From NCBI GenBank assembly GCA_034003345.1, contig JAVEYS010000001.1, positions 70,513-134,512 of the forward strand: a DNA stretch of 64,000 nucleotides, written 5' to 3'. The DNA comes from Bacteroidales bacterium (lineage in GTDB: Bacteria > Bacteroidota > Bacteroidia > Bacteroidales > VadinHA17). The notes beneath the pieces are model-generated. The model saw nothing but the letters and a program-made list of their open reading frames with translations, searched no databases and was not told the origin of the DNA. Below are positions 9,033-20,115 of the stretch, in pieces; the first letter of the stretch is position 1, and each line of letters starts with the position of its first letter. Made by a program: the position numbers and the translations under genes.

Positions 9033-9218
9033 ATGCCAAATCCAAAACACAGACACTCGAGTACCCGAAGGGACAAGAGGAGGACACACTACAAAGCTGT
9101 TGCTCCCACAGTGGCTGCATGCCCGAACTGCGGATCAGCTCATCTATATCACAGGGTTTGCCCTGAGTGCGGATACTACAGAGGCAAGCTGGCCGTTGAA
9201 AAGAAGACGACAGCCTGA
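9033..9218 (+). CDS. rpmF: 50S ribosomal protein L32
   Basis: 61 aa starting MPNPKHRHSSTRRDKRR, with the zinc-ribbon CPNCG...CPECG. Confidence 0.95.
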   Translation: MPNPKHRHSSTRRDKRRTHYKAVAPTVAACPNCGSAHLYHRVCPECGYYRGKLAVEKKTTA

Positions 9219-9246
9219 TAAGCTTTCCGTTCAAAAAAGCTGAACG

Positions 9247-10191
9247 ATGAAAATAGGTCTTGATGCAATGGGGGGCGATTTCGCTCCCGATGCTGTCATA
9301 GAAGGTGCTGTTGATGCCCTGGGACAGATGCCGTCAGGAGACCGTCTCGTGCTTATTGGCGATAACGGTCGGATAAGGGATAAGCTCGCATCAATGAATG
9401 TCGAGCCATCATTGTTTGATATTATACCTACCACCCAGGTGATAGAGATGGATGATCATCCTGCAAAATCATTTTCACAAAAAAAGGATTCCTCTATAGC
9501 TGTTGGATTTAGCATGCTTAAGAGCGGCCTGATAAACGGTTTTGCCAGTGCGGGAAATACAGGCGCCATGATGGTGGGAGCAAGCTATACTGTTAACGTC
9601 ATCCCCGGCGTATACAGACCGGCACTGGCCGCCCAGATCCCTAATGTCAACGGAAGCTATTCAATGTTACTTGACGTTGGTATCAATCCGGACAGCAAGC
9701 CTGACGTACTGATGCAGTACGGATTGCTGGGCTCCGTATATTCAAAGCACGTTCTTGGTATTGAGAACCCCACGGTGGGGCTCCTGAACATCGGTGTGGA
9801 GGCATCAAAGGGCTCAGCAGCAGTAAAAGCCACCTATGAACTCCTGAGTGAAAACAGCGATATCAACTTCAAAGGCAATATCGAAGGCCATCATCTGTTT
9901 ACTGACGAAATGACTGACGTAATAATATGCGACGGATTCGTAGGTAATGTAGTCCTTAAATTAGCCGAGAAATTCTTTGTAATAGCCAGATCAAGAGGTA
10001 TAAAGGATAGCTTTTTTGACAGGCTTAATTTTGAGGTAGTAGGAGGCACACCGGTGGTCGGCATCAATGAAAATGTGGTGGTTGGTCATGGCATCTCCAA
10101 TCGGACTGCAATAATGAATATGATATATCAGACCCGTGATGTGGTCCATGCCGACCTTGCAAAAAAGATTAAGGAAGCATTCGGAGCATGA
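9247..10191 (+). CDS. plsX: Phosphate acyltransferase PlsX
   Basis: [15 protein letters not shown]-terminus, a GNTGA motif and ...VVGHG. Conserved rpmF-plsX-fabH order. Confidence 0.95.
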   Translation: MKIGLDAMGGDFAPDAVIEGAVDALGQMPSGDRLVLIGDNGRIRDKLASMNVEPSLFDIIPTTQVIEMDDHPAKSFSQKKDSSIAVGFSMLKSGLINGFASAGNTGAMMVGASYTVNVIPGVYRPALAAQIPNVNGSYSMLLDVGINPDSKPDVLMQYGLLGSVYSKHVLGIENPTVGLLNIGVEASKGSAAVKATYELLSENSDINFKGNIEGHHLFTDEMTDVIICDGFVGNVVLKLAEKFFVIARSRGIKDSFFDRLNFEVVGGTPVVGINENVVVGHGISNRTAIMNMIYQTRDVVHADLAKKIKEAFGA

Positions 10192-11198
10192 CAAAAATAA
10201 GAGCTGCAATTACCGGAATAAATGCCTGGGTGCCGGAATACCGGCTAACAAACCAGGAGCTCACAGAAATGGTTGAGACAACCGATGAGTGGATCATGCA
10301 GCGCGTTGGCATCAAGGAGAGAAGAATACTTAAAGGTGAAGGGAAGGGTACTTCTGACATGGGAGAACCGGCTGTCAGAGGATTGCTCGAAAAAACAAAC
10401 ACATCTCCCGGGGATGTAGATCTCCTTATATGTGCCACCGTAACACCTGACATGATGTTCCCGGCAACGGCGAATATTATAAGCGATAAAGTGGGCATAA
10501 AAAATGCCTTCAGCTTTGACATGAATGCAGCCTGTTCAGGTTTTCTGTTTGCGTTGCAGACCGGAGCGTCCTATGTTGAATCAGGCAGGTATAAAAAGGT
10601 CATCGTCGTTGGAGCTGATAAGATGTCATCCATCACCGACTATACAGACCGCACAACATGTACCCTCTTTGGTGATGCTGCCGGTGCAGTACTGCTTGAA
10701 CCGACAGAGGAGGAGCACGGAGTGATGGATCACATCTTCAAAACCGACGGATCGGGAAAGAAATATCTTCACCTGAAGGCTGGCGGGTCAGTACGTCCGG
10801 CATCACATGATACAGTAGGCGGTCGTGAGCACTTCCTCTATCAGGAGGGACAGGCAGTATTCAAGTTTGCTGTCTCGAACATGGCTGACATTGCTGCAGA
10901 GATAATGGAAAAAAATAATCTCCGCCCGGAAGATATATCCTGGCTGGTGCCCCATCAGGCCAACCTGAGGATCATTGACGCTACAGGACGCAGGATGGGT
11001 CTGCCACCTGAGAAGGTGATGATAAATATTCAGAACTACGGCAATACCACTGCTGCCACTATTCCTCTTGTGCTGTGGGAGTTTGAGAAGAAGCTCCATA
11101 AGGGAGACAACCTGATTCTTGCATCCTTCGGAGGAGGATTCACCTGGGGCAGCATTTGGCTTAAATGGGCCTACGATCCGAAGCCGACAGAAAAGTAG
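10188..11198 (+). CDS. fabH: Beta-ketoacyl-ACP synthase III
   Basis: ATGA overlap with plsX. Active-site Cys context NAACSGF, plus HQANLRII and GNTTAATIP motifs. Confidence 0.95.
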   Translation: MTKIRAAITGINAWVPEYRLTNQELTEMVETTDEWIMQRVGIKERRILKGEGKGTSDMGEPAVRGLLEKTNTSPGDVDLLICATVTPDMMFPATANIISDKVGIKNAFSFDMNAACSGFLFALQTGASYVESGRYKKVIVVGADKMSSITDYTDRTTCTLFGDAAGAVLLEPTEEEHGVMDHIFKTDGSGKKYLHLKAGGSVRPASHDTVGGREHFLYQEGQAVFKFAVSNMADIAAEIMEKNNLRPEDISWLVPHQANLRIIDATGRRMGLPPEKVMINIQNYGNTTAATIPLVLWEFEKKLHKGDNLILASFGGGFTWGSIWLKWAYDPKPTEK

Positions 11199-11204
11199 TT
11201 GAAG

Positions 11205-11234
11205 AGAGAGCGGTTATTCCGCTCTCTTTTTTTT
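11205..11234 (+). terminator. Rho-independent terminator after fabH
   Basis: 9-bp stem AGAGAGCGG/CCGCTCTCT with loop TTATT, followed by seven T residues. Confidence 0.8.
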
Positions 11235-11253
11235 CATCAGGCACAATAGTTTT

Positions 11254-11261
11254 TATATTTG
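11254..11261 (+). promoter_or_regulatory. Bacteroidota -7 promoter box (TATATTTG) for the bactofilin-atp operon
   Basis: Exact TAnnTTTG match 47 nt upstream of ATG 11308 and directly after the fabH terminator. Confidence 0.5.
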
Positions 11262-11307
11262 TGTGTTAAATAGATTCAGGGAATAAAGGGAACAAACAAA
11301 TTTTACT

Positions 11308-11700
11308 ATGGCAAAAATCATGGATACAGACAACGGAACAGCAGTCAACCTAATAAGTCAGGGCACAGAGATTACAGGCGACATCAAATCAGCCGGCGAC
11401 GTGCGGATAGACGGAGTACTTAACGGCAATATGACAACAAAAGGAAAAGTGGTCATAGGGCCCACCGGACGCGTCAAGGGTGAGGTGGAATGCAAAAACT
11501 CCGAGGTGTCAGGCGTGATAGACGGGAAAATAACCGTGTCACAACTACTGAACCTGAAGTCCTCATCAAAAATCAGCGGGACCATCGTTACTAACAAGCT
11601 CTCCATAGAACCGGGAGCTCTCTTTACGGGTAACTGCGCTATGAAAGACGGTGAAAATGGTGGAGCAACAGCAGCCAGACCCAAAGAAGGAGAAAAATAA
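11308..11700 (+). CDS. Bactofilin (polymer-forming cytoskeletal protein)
   Basis: 130 aa of beta-helical bactofilin repeats (GDIKSAGDVRIDGVLNGNMTTKGKVVIGPTGRVKGEVECKNSEVSGVIDGKI...). Confidence 0.85.
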   Translation: MAKIMDTDNGTAVNLISQGTEITGDIKSAGDVRIDGVLNGNMTTKGKVVIGPTGRVKGEVECKNSEVSGVIDGKITVSQLLNLKSSSKISGTIVTNKLSIEPGALFTGNCAMKDGENGGATAARPKEGEK

Positions 11701-11893
11701 CGGTCTCTCGGCCTATTCCAGATACAGCACCATCGCTATCCAGATGGTGGTTATCATTGTCATTACCAGTCTCGGCGGCGTCAAGCTCGATAAGTGGGCC
11801 GGCACAGAACATCTCCTTACGGTGATTCTCTCGCTGCTGGGAGTGGCAGCTGCCATGTGGCTGGTCATTAAAGAGGCCATCAGAAACAAGTAA
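11651..11893 (+). CDS. AtpZ/AtpI-family small membrane protein (putative F0F1-ATPase accessory subunit)
   Basis: 80 aa with a polar N-terminus and two TM helices (YSTIAIQMVVIIVITSLGGVKLDKW...LLTVILSLLGVAAAMWLVIKE). Overlaps the bactofilin 3' end by 50 nt in another frame. Confidence 0.65.
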   Translation: MKMVEQQQPDPKKEKNNGLSAYSRYSTIAIQMVVIIVITSLGGVKLDKWAGTEHLLTVILSLLGVAAAMWLVIKEAIRNK

Positions 11894-11894
11894 A

Positions 11895-12281
11895 ATGTTT
11901 ACTCCCGGTGCTATAAGACACTACCTTCGTCTCCTTGTTCTCTCACTGCTGATGATTATCCTGATAATCCTGGTGAACAGATTCCAACCCTCCCTCTACA
12001 ATCCCGCCAGCGCTGTCGCTCTTGCCGGCGGATTCTCTCTGACAGCCTTTATTTCACTTTTAATATTTTTTAACGGGTTTGCCTCACGGAATGAAAGAGG
12101 CGTGTTATTAACTCTTATTGCGCTGGGCATTAAGTTACTGATCTCTCTTATACTTGCACTGCTCTATCTGGTAGTCTTTAAAAACGATCAGACAGGTTCA
12201 GTAATATTATTTTTTGTTCTATATTTGGCGTTCACTTTTTATGTAATTCGTACATTTATTTGTGTCCTGAAAAGGATATGA
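11895..12281 (+). CDS. ATP synthase protein I-like 4-TM membrane protein
   Basis: 128 aa with four hydrophobic helices. Starts 1 nt after the AtpZ stop, and its TGA overlaps the atpB ATG (ATGA at 12278-12281). Confidence 0.55.
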   Translation: MFTPGAIRHYLRLLVLSLLMIILIILVNRFQPSLYNPASAVALAGGFSLTAFISLLIFFNGFASRNERGVLLTLIALGIKLLISLILALLYLVVFKNDQTGSVILFFVLYLAFTFYVIRTFICVLKRI

Positions 12282-13375
12282 GTTTAAAGATTATTAGCTT
12301 GAAAAACAGGTATTTATATTTTCTGCTCTTGCTGTTTGGTCTTGTGGCCAGCTCTATTCCGGCCATCTCTTCCGGAACAGGCAAGGAAGAAAAAGAAACA
12401 GCCAAAAGTGATAATGAATTTAATGCCAGCGAGTTCATCATGGATCATGTTTCTGACTCTCATGAATGGCATATACTGACAAAAAGGGATAGTACATCTG
12501 TGGCGGTTTATCTTCCTGTAATCATTTTTGACAAGGGATCGGGCCTTCAAATCTTCTCTTCAAGAAAAATAGCACACGGACATAGCTACAAGGGTTATGC
12601 GGTTGCTCATGAGGGTGATTATGTGGGAAAGATTGTCAGGGTGAATGACGTGGGGCATTATGACGGCTCAAAGCCTCCCCTTGACTTCTCGATAACGAAG
12701 ACCGTTTTTGGGATGATTGTGTCGGCATTGATACTGCTCTGGCTTATGATCTCAATGGCCCGTTCATACAGGAAAAGTGGCGTCAGCGCTCCCAAGGGGA
12801 TACTGCAGGGGATGCTGGAGCCAATCATTCTTTTTATAAGGGATGAAATAGCAATGCCCAACATTGGTGAGCATAAATATTCAAAGTTTATGCCCTACCT
12901 GCTGACAGTATTCTTTTTTGTCCTGATAAACAATCTTCTCGGGATGATTCCTATCTTCCCGTTTGGCGCCAATGTAACAGGTAATGTAAATGTGACATTT
13001 GTTCTGGCGTTATGCACTTTTTTTATAACGCAGTTCAGTGCCAACAGGTCGCACTGGCGGCATGTCTTTGCCGCCCCAGGCGTACCGCTATGGCTACTGC
13101 CTATCATGATACCCATTGAGCTCATAGGACTGATTTCGAAGCCCTTTGCCCTGATGATCCGTCTTTTTGCGAACATCACGGCAGGACATATAATCATACT
13201 CAGCCTGGTGGCGCTCATCTTCATATTCCAGTCTGTGCTTGTAGCTCCCGTCTCCATCATCTTTGTCCTTTTCATGGATTGCATAGAGCTGCTGGTGGCG
13301 TTTCTGCAGGCATATGTCTTTACCCTTCTCTCAGCGCTGTTCATAGGGATGGCCACGGCGGAAGAACATACTTAA
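12278..13375 (+). CDS. atpB: F0F1 ATP synthase subunit a
   Basis: C-terminal helices carry the conserved 'LMIRLFANITAGHIIIL' Arg motif. ATG 12278 is preferred over the track's TTG 12260 because it forms an ATGA overlap with the upstream gene. Confidence 0.9.
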   Translation: MSLKIISLKNRYLYFLLLLFGLVASSIPAISSGTGKEEKETAKSDNEFNASEFIMDHVSDSHEWHILTKRDSTSVAVYLPVIIFDKGSGLQIFSSRKIAHGHSYKGYAVAHEGDYVGKIVRVNDVGHYDGSKPPLDFSITKTVFGMIVSALILLWLMISMARSYRKSGVSAPKGILQGMLEPIILFIRDEIAMPNIGEHKYSKFMPYLLTVFFFVLINNLLGMIPIFPFGANVTGNVNVTFVLALCTFFITQFSANRSHWRHVFAAPGVPLWLLPIMIPIELIGLISKPFALMIRLFANITAGHIIILSLVALIFIFQSVLVAPVSIIFVLFMDCIELLVAFLQAYVFTLLSALFIGMATAEEHT

Positions 13376-13398
13376 CATCATTATTTTATATCAATTAA

Positions 13399-13617
<219 letters not shown>

Positions 13618-13627
13618 CAGAAAAAAA

Positions 13628-13650
13628 GCCTGCAACGGTTGGTTGCAGGC
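13628..13650 (+). other. Intra-operon stem-loop after atpE
   Basis: 9-bp perfect stem GCCTGCAAC/GTTGCAGGC with a 5-nt loop, flanked by A7 upstream and only TTT downstream. Not a canonical strong terminator. Confidence 0.6.
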
Positions 13651-13679
13651 TTTAACAATGAATTAAAAACTAATTAGAT

Positions 13680-14192
13680 ATGTTATTAGCAAGCAGTCTC
13701 GCCAGTCCCGCAATCGGGACCGTATTCTGGACAACACTGATCTTCCTTATGCTGCTCGTACTTCTCTGGAAGTATGCATGGGGACCGATCATGAAGGCTG
13801 TAAAAGCCCGTGAGGACACGATTCACAATGCTCTTGACGCTGCAGAAAAGGCACGTGAAGAGATGAAAGTTCTGCAGGCTGACAATGAGATTATCCTCCG
13901 TAAGGCCCGCGAGGAGAGAGATAAGATACTCCGTGATGCACGGGTGGCATATGAAAGGATGATGGCCGAGGCCAAGGAGAAAAGCCAGTCGGAATCGGAT
14001 GCACTTGTCAGAAGAGCCAGAGAGCTTATTGAACGGGAGAAGGTCTCTGCCATTACCGAAGTAAAGCGTGAGGTGGCCAGGCTGGCCATTGAAGTGGCTT
14101 CAAAAGTGATGGGTGAAACGCTGAAAAGCGATACCGAGCAGCAGAAGCTGATTGAGAGATATATCAAAGAGATAGAAGCAAACAGGAACTGA
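13680..14192 (+). CDS. atpF: F0F1 ATP synthase subunit b
   Basis: One N-terminal TM helix followed by a long charged coiled-coil (EEMKVLQADNEIILRKAREERDKIL...). Position is between atpE and atpH. Confidence 0.9.
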   Translation: MLLASSLASPAIGTVFWTTLIFLMLLVLLWKYAWGPIMKAVKAREDTIHNALDAAEKAREEMKVLQADNEIILRKAREERDKILRDARVAYERMMAEAKEKSQSESDALVRRARELIEREKVSAITEVKREVARLAIEVASKVMGETLKSDTEQQKLIERYIKEIEANRN

Positions 14193-14196
14193 TCTC

Positions 14197-14748
14197 ATGA
14201 ATTCGAGCAAAATATCGGTAAGATATGCAAAGGCACTTTTTGACCTTGCTCTTGAGCGAGAGGTGATAGACACTGTTTACGCTGATATGAAATCTGTCAG
14301 TCGTCTTTGCGCTATGGAAGAGGTCAGGGAGGTAATAAATAACCCGGTGATACCCAAACAGAAGAGGAAGGAGATTGTCATATCACTGATTGGCGATAAA
14401 GCCCAGATACTTACAATCGACTTTATTGGTCTGATATTCGCTCATGACCGTGGCGATTACCTTGAGGCTGCTGCACGGAACTATATTGATCTGACACGCC
14501 GTCACCGTGGAATACGGGAGGTTACTCTAACTACTGCAATACCAGTAAGCAAGGAGCTAAAGAATGAGATGGCGGCCCTGATAGCAGGACGGAAGGCCGG
14601 AAGTATCGAATTCACTGACAATATTGACGAATCAATCATCGGGGGTTTCATCCTCAGGGTTGACGATGCTTATATTGATGCCAGCGTCAGGAATAAACTT
14701 AACAATTTCAGAAAGGAATTTTCACTGGCAGGATATGCCGAAAAATAG
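14197..14748 (+). CDS. atpH: F0F1 ATP synthase subunit delta (OSCP)
   Basis: 183 aa starting 'ISVRYAKALFDLA...' with the '...GGFILRVDDAYIDASVRNKL' C-terminus typical of delta. Confidence 0.9.
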   Translation: MNSSKISVRYAKALFDLALEREVIDTVYADMKSVSRLCAMEEVREVINNPVIPKQKRKEIVISLIGDKAQILTIDFIGLIFAHDRGDYLEAAARNYIDLTRRHRGIREVTLTTAIPVSKELKNEMAALIAGRKAGSIEFTDNIDESIIGGFILRVDDAYIDASVRNKLNNFRKEFSLAGYAEK

Positions 14749-14766
14749 TATATAAGCTTTAGAAAA

Positions 14767-16356
14767 ATGAATAGTATTAAACCTTCAGAGGTATCACAGA
14801 TTTTAAAGCAGCAGCTTGAGGGAGTAAAGACGGCCATTGATGTTGAGGAAGTGGGGACGGTATTGCAGGTTGGTGACGGCATTGCGCGTATCTACGGGCT
14901 TAAAAACGTCGGCTCCAATGAACTGATCGAGTTTGTCAAATCAGGTATCAAGGGTATAGTCCTCAACCTTGAGGAGGACAACGTCGGGGTGGTTATCCTC
15001 GGTTCATCCGAGAAGATCAAGGAGGGCGATGTTGTGCGCAGGACAGGCCGGATATCATCAATCATGGTAGGCGAGGGACTGTTGGGAAGGGTAATAACCA
15101 CAACAGGTATTCCCGTTGACGGTCGCGGACCCATTACAGGCGAGCTTTACGAGATGCCGTTTGAGAGAAAAGCTCCGGGGGTCATCTTCCGGCAGCCGGT
15201 GAAGCAGCCCATCCAGACAGGGTTGAAGGCCATCGATGCCATGATACCCATCGGCCGTGGTCAGCGGGAGCTTATCATCGGAGACCGCCAGACAGGCAAG
15301 ACAGCCATCGCTATTGACACTATCCTGAACCAGAAGAGTGAGTTTGACAAGGGCAAGCCTGTTTATTGCATCTATGTTGCGATAGGGCAGAAAGGATCAA
15401 CGGTAGCTAATATTGCCGCCACCCTTGAGAGTTACGGGGCCATGGAGTATACGGTTATCGTCATTGCAACGGCAGCTGACTCCGCGGCAGCGCAGTTCTA
15501 TGCACCATTTGCAGGTGCTGCCATCGGGGAGTTCTTCCGCGACACCGGTCGTGATGCCCTGATCATTTATGACGACCTCTCAAAACAGGCTGTATCATAC
15601 CGTGAGGTGTCACTGCTGCTACGCCGCCCGCCAGGCCGCGAAGCCTACCCCGGTGATGTCTTCTACCTTCACTCACGCCTCCTCGAACGGGCAGCCAAGA
15701 TCATCGAATCAGACGAGGTGGCAAAGAACATGAATGACCTGCCGGAATCAATCAGGCATATGGTTAAAGGAGGAGGATCACTTACGGCTCTGCCGATAAT
15801 TGAGACACAGGCGGGTGACGTTTCAGCATATATCCCGACAAACGTGATATCGATCACTGATGGGCAGATATTTCTTGAATCGAGCCTCTTTAACGCTGGC
15901 ATAAGACCGGCTATAAACGTAGGTATCTCAGTATCCAGGGTTGGTGGTAATGCCCAGATCAAATCAATGAAAAAGATCGCCGGCACGCTTAAGGTTGACC
16001 AGGCTCAGTACCGTGAGCTGGAGGCATTCTCAAAGTTTGGCTCTGACCTTGACCCGGCTACTATGGCTGTTCTTGACAAAGGCATCAAGAACGTGGAGAT
16101 ACTTAAGCAGAACCAGTACTCACCTATGAAGGTTGAGGACCAGGTTGCGATAATATACTGTGGCACAAAGGGATTACTAAAAAGCGTCCCCGTGCACAAG
16201 GTGAAACTATTTGAAAACGACTTTCTGGCCTTCATGCGTGAAAATCACAGCGACATACTTGAGAAGATCAGGGAAGGTGTAATAAATGACGAAGTGACAG
16301 GTGTGCTTGAAAAGGCGGCTGCAGAGATTGCAGGTCGTTACGCTCCGGCCAGCTAG
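14767..16356 (+). CDS. atpA: F0F1 ATP synthase subunit alpha
   Basis: P-loop GDRQTGKT, 529 aa and the conserved alpha motifs ([23 protein letters not shown]). Confidence 0.97.
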   Translation: MNSIKPSEVSQILKQQLEGVKTAIDVEEVGTVLQVGDGIARIYGLKNVGSNELIEFVKSGIKGIVLNLEEDNVGVVILGSSEKIKEGDVVRRTGRISSIMVGEGLLGRVITTTGIPVDGRGPITGELYEMPFERKAPGVIFRQPVKQPIQTGLKAIDAMIPIGRGQRELIIGDRQTGKTAIAIDTILNQKSEFDKGKPVYCIYVAIGQKGSTVANIAATLESYGAMEYTVIVIATAADSAAAQFYAPFAGAAIGEFFRDTGRDALIIYDDLSKQAVSYREVSLLLRRPPGREAYPGDVFYLHSRLLERAAKIIESDEVAKNMNDLPESIRHMVKGGGSLTALPIIETQAGDVSAYIPTNVISITDGQIFLESSLFNAGIRPAINVGISVSRVGGNAQIKSMKKIAGTLKVDQAQYRELEAFSKFGSDLDPATMAVLDKGIKNVEILKQNQYSPMKVEDQVAIIYCGTKGLLKSVPVHKVKLFENDFLAFMRENHSDILEKIREGVINDEVTGVLEKAAAEIAGRYAPAS

Positions 16357-16377
16357 CATGCAAATGACAAAAGGAAG

Positions 16378-17265
16378 ATGGCTAACTTAAAAGCTATAAG
16401 GGTAAGACTCAGCTCGGTGAAATCAACCCGTCAGATCACTTCAGCAATGAAGATGGTGGCGGCTTCCAAACTGCGCAAGGCACAGGATGCAATAGTACAG
16501 CTCAGGCCTTATGCCGATAAGCTTAATGAGATACAGGCAGGATTGAGCACAGCCCTTCGTGATACCGAAATAGAAAATATCTATGCGGAGAGAAAGAGTG
16601 ACAGCGAAAAGGTACTGGTTGTAGTGGTCACATCCAACAAAGGCCTCTGTGGTGCTTTCAACGCCAACGTCGTCAGGGACGTGAGGCGTCTAATGACAGA
16701 GAAGTACAGCAGACAGATGCAGAAAGGAGACCTCTCGTTCATGACGGTGGGGAAAAAGGGCAACGATGCACTTAAGAGACTGAATTGCAATATTATTGAA
16801 GATCACAGTGATCTCTACACACGACTGGAATTTGAAAATGTGGCCGGCCTGGCCGATAAACTGACAAATCTTTATCTGTCAAAAGAATACGGCACAATAG
16901 AGATAGTGTATAACCAGTTCAGGAATGCTGCTATTCAGAGGCTTACTGAGGAGATTTATCTTCCTGTATCAGCTGCCTCTGACCCCAAAGAGGGAGCTTC
17001 TATATCTGATTATATTTATGAACCAGACCAGGTAGCTATTGTCGGGGAGCTGATCCCAAAGACACTCCGGATACAGCTCTACAGAGCGCTGCTTGACTCG
17101 TTTGCAGCCGAGCACGGAGCACGGATGACGGCTATGCATCAGGCAACCGATAACGCCACCGATCTTATAAGGGATCTTACACTACAGTATAACAAAGCTC
17201 GCCAGGCTTCCATCACCAACCAGCTGTTGGAGGTGGTGAGCGGCGCAGAGGCACTTAACGGATAA
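16378..17265 (+). CDS. atpG: F0F1 ATP synthase subunit gamma
   Basis: N-terminus MANLKAIRVRLSSVKSTRQITSAMKMVAASKLRKAQ and C-terminus ...ITNQLLEVVSGAEAL. Confidence 0.95.
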   Translation: MANLKAIRVRLSSVKSTRQITSAMKMVAASKLRKAQDAIVQLRPYADKLNEIQAGLSTALRDTEIENIYAERKSDSEKVLVVVVTSNKGLCGAFNANVVRDVRRLMTEKYSRQMQKGDLSFMTVGKKGNDALKRLNCNIIEDHSDLYTRLEFENVAGLADKLTNLYLSKEYGTIEIVYNQFRNAAIQRLTEEIYLPVSAASDPKEGASISDYIYEPDQVAIVGELIPKTLRIQLYRALLDSFAAEHGARMTAMHQATDNATDLIRDLTLQYNKARQASITNQLLEVVSGAEALNG

Positions 17266-17281
17266 GAGGAGAAAAAAAGAG

Positions 17282-18256
17282 ATGTTCACCGGCGATTATC
17301 TGAGGGAACTGTCAGACAAGGCTATTACTGGAATAGGTGGATCACCTGAGGCCGATAAGCTCTTTGCCCCTGTGAGATATATCATGTCAATCGGCGGGAA
17401 AAGACTAAGACCTGTGATGTGCCTTATGGCATGCAACCTCTTCAAGGATAAGATAGACGAGGCTGTCATGCCTGCCGTGGGTATAGAAGTGTTCCATAAC
17501 TTCACACTCATCCATGATGATATAATAGACAATGCTGACATGCGAAGAGGATCCCCTACGGTACATTCCAAATGGGGCTCTGACCAGGCGGTCCTTTCAG
17601 GTGACGTGATGGCTTTCGTGGCCGTTGAGTGCATAGGACAGGCACCCGAAAAAGTGCTTGCAAAAACGCTCAGGGTCTTTAACCGTACTGCCATTGAGGT
17701 CTGTACCGGGCAGCAGCTTGATCTTGATTATGAAAAGAGAGGCGTAGTGTCAGAAAAGGAATACCTCCGTATGATTGAGCTTAAAACGGCCGTGCTGATA
17801 GCTGCGTCACTTAAGACGGGAGCAATCATTGGAGAGGCCTCGGAAAAGGATCAGGAGCTGCTCTATGAGTTCGGCCGATGCCTGGGAATAGCGTTCCAGA
17901 TCCAGGATGATGTTCTTGACACTTACGGTGATACAAGAATGTTCGGCAAAAAGACAGGAAGCGATATTATTGCCAACAAGAAGACATACCTGCTGGTAAA
18001 GGCTCTTGAGATGGCAGGCGGGGAGAAGCTGCGCCAGCTAAGAAAACTGCTTGAGACCATTGCCGATGACCCTGTCGAAAAAGTCAAGGAGATGATGAAG
18101 ATCTATGATGATCTGGAGATACGGCTGCAGGCTGAAAATATGGCTTATGACTATTTTAACAGGGCTTTCCAGGCACTTGACAAGGTGTCGGTGAAATCCG
18201 AACGCAAGGCTGAAATCAAGCAACTGGCAGTAAATCTTATAGGTAGAGTTAAATAA
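17282..18256 (+). CDS. Polyprenyl (geranylgeranyl/farnesyl-type) diphosphate synthase
   Basis: First Asp-rich motif LIHDDIIDNADMRRG and second Asp-rich motif FQIQDDVLD, plus KRLRP. 324 aa. Confidence 0.9.
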   Translation: MFTGDYLRELSDKAITGIGGSPEADKLFAPVRYIMSIGGKRLRPVMCLMACNLFKDKIDEAVMPAVGIEVFHNFTLIHDDIIDNADMRRGSPTVHSKWGSDQAVLSGDVMAFVAVECIGQAPEKVLAKTLRVFNRTAIEVCTGQQLDLDYEKRGVVSEKEYLRMIELKTAVLIAASLKTGAIIGEASEKDQELLYEFGRCLGIAFQIQDDVLDTYGDTRMFGKKTGSDIIANKKTYLLVKALEMAGGEKLRQLRKLLETIADDPVEKVKEMMKIYDDLEIRLQAENMAYDYFNRAFQALDKVSVKSERKAEIKQLAVNLIGRVK

Positions 18257-18281
18257 TTACTGCCACCGATAGTGGCAGTAA
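18257..18281 (+). other. Stem-loop immediately after the polyprenyl synthase stop
   Basis: 10-bp perfect stem TTACTGCCAC/GTGGCAGTAA with a 5-nt loop. It is followed by AAAAG, so there is no T-tract on the plus strand. Confidence 0.6.
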
Positions 18282-18302
18282 AAAGAGGTATATATACAAG
18301 AA

Positions 18303-18310
18303 TAACTTTG
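18303..18310 (+). promoter_or_regulatory. Bacteroidota -7 promoter box (TAACTTTG) for atpDC
   Basis: Exact TAnnTTTG match 22 nt upstream of ATG 18332. Confidence 0.45.
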
Positions 18311-18322
18311 AAATACATTTAA

Positions 18323-19840
<1,518 letters not shown>

Positions 19841-19858
19841 TGCCAAAAATGACCAGAA

Positions 19859-20110
19859 GTGAAAATTGAGATAATCACACCGGACAAGAAAATATATTCA
19901 GGCGACATACACTCGGTAAGAGTGCCTGGAAGGAAGGGCTCATTCCAGGTGTTGAAAGACCATGCCCCGATCATATCAACCCTTGAAGGCGGTCCAGTGA
20001 TCGTTGCTGATGAACAGGGCATTGAGGTGAGGTTTGAGATCACCGGTGGCGTGATAGAGGTGAAGAAGAACAGGATCATTCTTCTTGCCGACTCCGTCAT
20101 ACAGAGCTGA
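19859..20110 (+). CDS. atpC: F0F1 ATP synthase subunit epsilon (short form, beta-sandwich only)
   Basis: GTG start. The 83-aa product begins MKIEIITPDKKIYSGDI... and covers only the N-terminal domain, with no C-terminal helical hairpin encoded. Confidence 0.8.
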   Translation: MKIEIITPDKKIYSGDIHSVRVPGRKGSFQVLKDHAPIISTLEGGPVIVADEQGIEVRFEITGGVIEVKKNRIILLADSVIQS

Positions 20111-20115
20111 CGTTG

